Below, piece after piece: positions 59,329 through 64,000 of a stretch of 64,000 nt of DNA (position 1 is the stretch's first letter; the number at the start of each line of letters is the position of its first letter). The notes under the pieces were generated by a model, which did no database searches, was not told the DNA's origin, and worked only from the letters and a program-made list of their open reading frames with translations. Made by a program: the position numbers and the translations under genes. The DNA comes from Candidatus Eiseniibacteriota bacterium (GTDB lineage: Bacteria; Eisenbacteria; RBG-16-71-46). The DNA lies in NCBI GenBank assembly GCA_963707915.1, contig OY970178.1:544001-608000 (forward strand). The letters are read 5' to 3'.

Positions 59329-60375
59329 ATGGAGCGCCTGCGAAGCGAACGAGATCCGGATGCGCCCGCCGCGAAGGCGGACCGCGCGGCGACGCCCGCC
59401 ATGCTGGGGGACTCGCCGGCGTGGGCGGCGGTGCGGGAGATGCTGCCGCGGGTCGCGCGCAGCGGGCTCCCGGTGGTGGTGCTGGGGGAGACCGGGACCG
59501 GCAAGGAGCTGGTGGCGAGGGCGATCCATGCGCTCTCGGCCCGTGCCGCCCAGGGGTTCGTGGCGCAGAACTGCGGCGCCACGCCCGACACGCTGATCGA
59601 GAGCGAGTTCTTCGGCCACACGCGCGGGGCCTTCACCGGGGCGGTGGCCGACCGGGCGGGGCTCTTCGAGTCGGCCGCCGGGGGCACGCTGTTCCTGGAC
59701 GAGATCGGGGACGCCAGCGCCCTGCTCCAGATGAAGCTCCTGCGCGTGCTCCAGGAGGGCGAGGCCCGGCGCGTGGGGGACACCCGCCTGCGCCGGGTGG
59801 ACGTGCGGGTGGTCTCGGCCACGCACCGCTCCCTCGAGGAGGCCGTCGCGGGCGGGAGGTTCCGGGCGGACCTCTTCTTCCGGTTGAACGCGGTCCGCGT
59901 GAGCCTGCCCCCGCTGCGGGAGCGCGGCGACGACGTCCTCGTGCTGGCGCGGCACTTCCTGGCGGGAGCCGCGGCGCAGCTGGGACAGGAGCCGCCCGTG
60001 CCGGACCCGGCGCTGGTCGACCACCTGCGCTCGTACGCCTGGCCGGGCAACGTGCGGGAGCTGGCGAACGCCTGTGCCTACGCGGTGCACGTGGGCGGAG
60101 CGCGGGAGCAGGCGGACCTGTCGCACTGGCCGGAGACGCCGTCGATGCCGGGGCCCGGCGCGCGACCGGTGACGGCGGGACTTCACGCCGAGACCCGCGC
60201 GCTCGAGGAACGCCGGCTGCGCGAGGCCCTGCAGCGGACCTGCGGGAACAAGTCGCAGGCGGCCCGTGCCCTGGGGCTCTCGCGCCAGGGGCTGCTGAAG
60301 AAGCTGCGGCGCTACGGGTTCACCAGCGCGGAGTCCGCGGCGCTCGCTCTTGACGGTGCGGGGGGCGCTCCCTAG
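59329..60375 (+). CDS. sigma54-dependent enhancer-binding protein without N-terminal sensor domain
   Basis: GGAGG SD; GETGTGKE, GAFTGA, FLDEIG, RFRADLFFRL, WPGNVREL, Fis HTH NKSQAARALGLSR. Confidence 0.92.
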   Translation: MERLRSERDPDAPAAKADRAATPAMLGDSPAWAAVREMLPRVARSGLPVVVLGETGTGKELVARAIHALSARAAQGFVAQNCGATPDTLIESEFFGHTRGAFTGAVADRAGLFESAAGGTLFLDEIGDASALLQMKLLRVLQEGEARRVGDTRLRRVDVRVVSATHRSLEEAVAGGRFRADLFFRLNAVRVSLPPLRERGDDVLVLARHFLAGAAAQLGQEPPVPDPALVDHLRSYAWPGNVRELANACAYAVHVGGAREQADLSHWPETPSMPGPGARPVTAGLHAETRALEERRLREALQRTCGNKSQAARALGLSRQGLLKKLRRYGFTSAESAALALDGAGGAP

Positions 60376-60378
60376 AGT
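60350..60378 (+). promoter_or_regulatory. sigma70 promoter for oxidoreductase-lnt-asd
   Basis: TTGACG-N17-TAGAGT. Confidence 0.55.
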
Positions 60379-60476
60379 GCCCGTTTCGGGAGGACCGACT
60401 CGCGGGCCGCCGGCGCGCCCACCCATCGTGGGGCCGCGGGCTCGGCGGGTTCGAACCTGCAAGAGGGAGGGAATTC

Positions 60477-61490
60477 GTGGCCCGCAAGACGCTTCGTATC
60501 GGGCTGGTCGGCGTCGGCGCCGCGGCCCAGATCAACCACATCCCGGCGCTGAAGAGGGTCGAGGATTTCGAGCTGGTGGCGCTCTGCGATCGCGACGCCG
60601 AGAAGGGCGCGCGCGTGGCGCAGAAGTTCCAGGTCCCGCGATCGTACGCCCGCATCGAGGAGCTGCTCAGCGACGAGGACGTGGACGTCGTGGACCTGTG
60701 CACGCCCAACTACCTGCACGCGCCCATGGCGGTCGCGGCGCTGGAGGCCGGCAAGCACGTGTTCTGCGAGCGGCCGCTGTCGCGCAGCGCGGACGAGGCC
60801 GCGGCCATGGTGAAGGCGGCGAAGAAGCACGAGCGCGTCGTCATGTGCTCGGTGCAGCACCGCTTCCGCCCGGACGCCCAGTTGCTGCGCAAGTTCATCG
60901 AGAAGGGCGACCTCGGGGAGATCTTCTTCGTCAAGGCGGGGTGGCTGCGCCAGCGCACGCACTGGGACTCCGACGAGTGGCGCCGGCAGAAGCGGGAGTC
61001 GGGCGGCGGCGTGATCCTCGACCTCGGCTTCCAGATGCTCGACCAGGCGCTCTGGATCCTGGGCTGCCCGAAGGTGGAATCGGTGACCGCGAGCCTGCAC
61101 CGGGCCCGCAAGGGCGAGGTCGAGGACAACGCGATCGCGTTCTTCCGCCTGGCCTCCGGGGCGACCCTCACGCTCGAGGTCACCTGGGGCCTGCTGATGG
61201 AGAAGGACTTCGCTTACGTGAACCTGTTCGGCTCGGGCGGCGCGGCGCTGCTCAACCCGCTGCGGATCCACAAGGGCATGCACGGCACGCTGGTGAACGT
61301 GACCCCGCAGGTCGACACCTCGCGTTTCCAGTACAAGGCCTCGATGGAGGCGCAGTTCGCCCATTTCGCCGACGCGCTGCGCAAGGGCGGCCGGCCGATG
61401 GGCGCGGCGGAGGAGATCCTGCCCGTCATGGAGATGCTGGACGCGGTCTACCGGTCGGCCGAGCAGGGCAAGGAGGTCCGACTCGTCTAG
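60477..61490 (+). CDS. Gfo/Idh/MocA-family oxidoreductase
   Basis: IGLVGVG, CTPNYLH, GKHVFCERP, SGGGVILDLG. Confidence 0.92.
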   Translation: MARKTLRIGLVGVGAAAQINHIPALKRVEDFELVALCDRDAEKGARVAQKFQVPRSYARIEELLSDEDVDVVDLCTPNYLHAPMAVAALEAGKHVFCERPLSRSADEAAAMVKAAKKHERVVMCSVQHRFRPDAQLLRKFIEKGDLGEIFFVKAGWLRQRTHWDSDEWRRQKRESGGGVILDLGFQMLDQALWILGCPKVESVTASLHRARKGEVEDNAIAFFRLASGATLTLEVTWGLLMEKDFAYVNLFGSGGAALLNPLRIHKGMHGTLVNVTPQVDTSRFQYKASMEAQFAHFADALRKGGRPMGAAEEILPVMEMLDAVYRSAEQGKEVRLV

Positions 61491-61515
61491 GTCCGGGGGA
61501 TCTCGGGAGCGCGCG

Positions 61516-63057
61516 CTGGCGATCGTCTCGGGCATCCTGCTCGGGGCCGCCTTTCTGCCACGCGTGCCGGGCTTCGTCGCGTGGGGGGCGCTGGTCCCCC
61601 TGCTCGTCGCGCTGGAGCTCCGCGCGCGACGCTCGGCCCCGGCCGGGGCGTTGTTCCGGCTGGGCTGGCTCTTCGGGTTCGTCTTCTTCCTGATCGGGAT
61701 GCACTGGATCGGGCTGCTCTCGGACGTGGCGATCACGGTGCCGTGGCTGAAGTACCCGGCGTGGATCCTGGCGGCCGCGTACCTCGCGGTCTACGGGGGG
61801 CTCGTGACGCTGGTCGCCGGCGTGCTCGCCCGACCGGCGGGCCCTCGTTGGCGGGGCACGGCCCGGGTGCCGCTGGCGCTCGCCTTCCCGGTCGTCTTCC
61901 TGTGCGTGGAGGAGCTGCGCGCGTCGGGTGAGATGGGCTTCCCGTGGTTCCAGCCGGGCTACACGCAGCACGCCTACGTGCCGCTGCTGCAACTCGCGAG
62001 CCTGGGAAGTGTGAGCCTCGTGACCCTCTGGGTGCTGGCGCTGAACGTGTTCCTGTGGCGCTCGCTCGCGGGACGCGCGCGGCTGCGCTCGGCGCTCGGC
62101 GCTCTCCTGCTGGTGCTCGTCCCGTGGTTCTGGGGGCAGCGCGTGCTGCAGGCCACCGCGGCGCCCGCCGCGGGCCCGGCCGCGGACCGGGTGGTGGCGC
62201 TGGTGCAGGGGAACGTGGCGGGGGAGATCAAGTGGTCGGGGAGGCACCAGCCCGAGATCCTGGCGACCTTCCTCCGGCTTTCGGGCGAAGCGGCGGGGCG
62301 CGTGCCGCGGCCGGTCCTGGCGATCTGGCCGGAGACCGCGACCGGGAGCTACCTGCGCAAGCAGCTCGACCAGGCGCTGGCGGTGGCCGGGTTCGCGGCG
62401 CGCACCGGCGTGCCGGTCTTCTCGGGCTACGCCGACTACGAGTGGGACCGGGACGGGCGGCAGCGCTCCTACAACGCGGCCGGCCTGTTCGCGACCGACG
62501 GGTCGCTCGGAACGGCCTACGCGAAGCGGCACCTCGTGCCGTTCGGCGAGCGCATGCCGTTCCAGCGCCTGCTCCCGTGGCTCGGCCGCCTCGAGTTCGG
62601 ACAGGCGGAGTGGACCCCGGGCGAGCGGACGGTGCTGTTCCCGTCCCCGCCCGGCCCGTTCAGCTGCCTGGTGTGCTTCGAGGCGATCTTCCCGGACCTG
62701 GCGCGTTCCGACGTCCGCGCGGGGGCGCGCTGGCTGGTCAACATCACGAACGACGAGTGGTTCGGGAACAGCGCGGCGCTCTACCAGCACGCGGCGATGT
62801 CGGTGTTCCGCGCGGTGGAGAACCGGGTCCCGCTGGCGCGTTGCGCGAACACCGGCCTGACGCTGGTGGCGGACGCCAACGGCCGGGTGGTCGCGACGCT
62901 GCCGGTGTTCGCGCCCGGGGTGCTGGTGACGGAGCTCCCGCGCGCCGGCACGGTCGGGTTCCCGACCCCGTACACGCGCTTCGGCGACTGGCCGGGGGTG
63001 GTGGGCCTGCTGGCGCTCGCCGGGATCGCGGTGCGCGCCCGGGTGCGATCGCGATGA
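61516..63057 (+). CDS. lnt: Apolipoprotein N-acyltransferase (start uncertain)
   Basis: TM N-terminus, GFPW..GY, VQGN, WPETA, KRHLVPFGE, CFEAIF, NDEWF, RAVEN, ANTG. Confidence 0.95.
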   Translation: MAIVSGILLGAAFLPRVPGFVAWGALVPLLVALELRARRSAPAGALFRLGWLFGFVFFLIGMHWIGLLSDVAITVPWLKYPAWILAAAYLAVYGGLVTLVAGVLARPAGPRWRGTARVPLALAFPVVFLCVEELRASGEMGFPWFQPGYTQHAYVPLLQLASLGSVSLVTLWVLALNVFLWRSLAGRARLRSALGALLLVLVPWFWGQRVLQATAAPAAGPAADRVVALVQGNVAGEIKWSGRHQPEILATFLRLSGEAAGRVPRPVLAIWPETATGSYLRKQLDQALAVAGFAARTGVPVFSGYADYEWDRDGRQRSYNAAGLFATDGSLGTAYAKRHLVPFGERMPFQRLLPWLGRLEFGQAEWTPGERTVLFPSPPGPFSCLVCFEAIFPDLARSDVRAGARWLVNITNDEWFGNSAALYQHAAMSVFRAVENRVPLARCANTGLTLVADANGRVVATLPVFAPGVLVTELPRAGTVGFPTPYTRFGDWPGVVGLLALAGIAVRARVRSR

Positions 63058-64000
63058 GCCTGCGCCTCGGCATCCTGGGGGCGACGGGGCTGGTGGGCCG
63101 CACCATGCTCGCCCTGCTGGAGGAGCGCAGCTTCCCGGCGGACGAGCCGCGCCTGCTGGCCAGCGGTCGCTCCGACGAGCGCACCCTGGACTTCCGCGGG
63201 CGGGCGAGGCCGGTCGTGCCGGTCTCCGCGGAGGCCCTCGCCGGGCTGGACGTCGTGCTCTCGGCGGTGTCGAACCCGCTGGCCCTGGAATGGGTGCCGG
63301 TGGCGCGGGCGGCGGGCGCGGTGGTCGTGGACAACAGCAGCGCCTACCGCTACGACGCGGACGTGCCGCTGGTGGTCCCGGAGGTGAACGGCGACCTGCT
63401 GGCGGAGCGCCCCGGGCTGGTGGCGAACCCCAACTGTTCCACCATCGGGATCGTGATGGCCCTGGCGCCGCTGGCGCGCGTGGCGCGGCTGCTCCAGGTG
63501 GTGGTCTCGACCTACCAGTCGGTCTCGGGCGCCGGATCGGAGGCGATCGCGGAGCTCGAGCGCGGCGTGCGGGCCGGGCTCGACGGCGATCCACCCGCGC
63601 GCGGTGACGGGGCGCCGCCGTTCGCCTTCAACTGCATCCCGCGGATCGACCGCTTCGAGGCGAACGGGTACACGCGCGAGGAGATGAAGGTGGTGTGGGA
63701 GACGCGCAAGATCCTCGGGTTGCCGACGCTGCCCGTGGTCTGCACGGCGGTGCGGGTGCCGGTGAGGGTCGGCCACGGCGCGGCGGTGCACGCCGTGTTC
63801 GACCGTCCGATCGCGCCGGCGGAGGCGCGGTCGAGGTGGGCGTTGTTCCCGGGGCTGGAAGTGGCGGACGATCCGGCGCGCGATCTCTATCCGACGCCGC
63901 TGGCCGCGGCCGGCCGCGACGCGGTGCTGGTGGGACGGGCCCGGGCGGACCTCGACGACGCGCGCGGGCTCGAGTTCTTCACCTGCTCGGACAACCTGCG
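63054..64000 (+). CDS. asd: Aspartate-semialdehyde dehydrogenase (runs off the window end)
   Basis: GATGLVG, VDNSSAYR, VPLVVPEVN, ANPNCST, STYQSVSGAG, RVPV..GH, SDNLR. Confidence 0.95.
   Translation, partial: MSLRLGILGATGLVGRTMLALLEERSFPADEPRLLASGRSDERTLDFRGRARPVVPVSAEALAGLDVVLSAVSNPLALEWVPVARAAGAVVVDNSSAYRYDADVPLVVPEVNGDLLAERPGLVANPNCSTIGIVMALAPLARVARLLQVVVSTYQSVSGAGSEAIAELERGVRAGLDGDPPARGDGAPPFAFNCIPRIDRFEANGYTREEMKVVWETRKILGLPTLPVVCTAVRVPVRVGHGAAVHAVFDRPIAPAEARSRWALFPGLEVADDPARDLYPTPLAAAGRDAVLVGRARADLDDARGLEFFTCSDNL

Overview
A very GC-rich bacterial chromosome segment, almost entirely + strand and mostly housekeeping genes. The organism is a diderm (TamA/TamB, Lnt); a Candidatus Eisenbacteria-like lineage is only an impression. 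Gene order: rpsU-cvpA-mutS2-dnaG-rpoD, two tRNAs, zinc-ribbon protein, patatin, rnhA, rnpB, recJ-rel-dtd-maf, rplM-rpsI-rpsB-tsf-pyrH-frr-uppS-cdsA-dxr-rseP-tamA-tamB, pcrA-gatCAB, tsaC-ywlE-ilvE-rpiB-glyA, a MoxR/Bat operon, PAP2, EIIA-like and mini zinc-ribbon pair, cca, polyprenyl synthase, rsfS, argS, PfkB kinase, a signalling cluster, an oxidoreductase, lnt and partial asd. The best candidate for an undescribed system is 56763-60375: a protein with a LeuA-regulatory-like C-terminus, a 16-aa peptide ORF (MLFILELLEFFGRAGW) with a near-perfect Shine-Dalgarno that the ORF track misses, a multi-TM HD-GYP phosphodiesterase, and a sensor-less sigma54 activator. Other notable items are a His-to-Asn pseudo-EIIA coupled to a coil-less FlgZ/CdsZ-type zinc ribbon, an orphan gene behind a sigma54-type promoter, and an ArgRS with NIVS in place of HIGH. 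Seven inferred single-base insertions between 4.7 and 10.7 kb are probably sequencing errors. No CRISPR array or mobile element was seen. All calls come from motif recognition by eye; no database searches were run.
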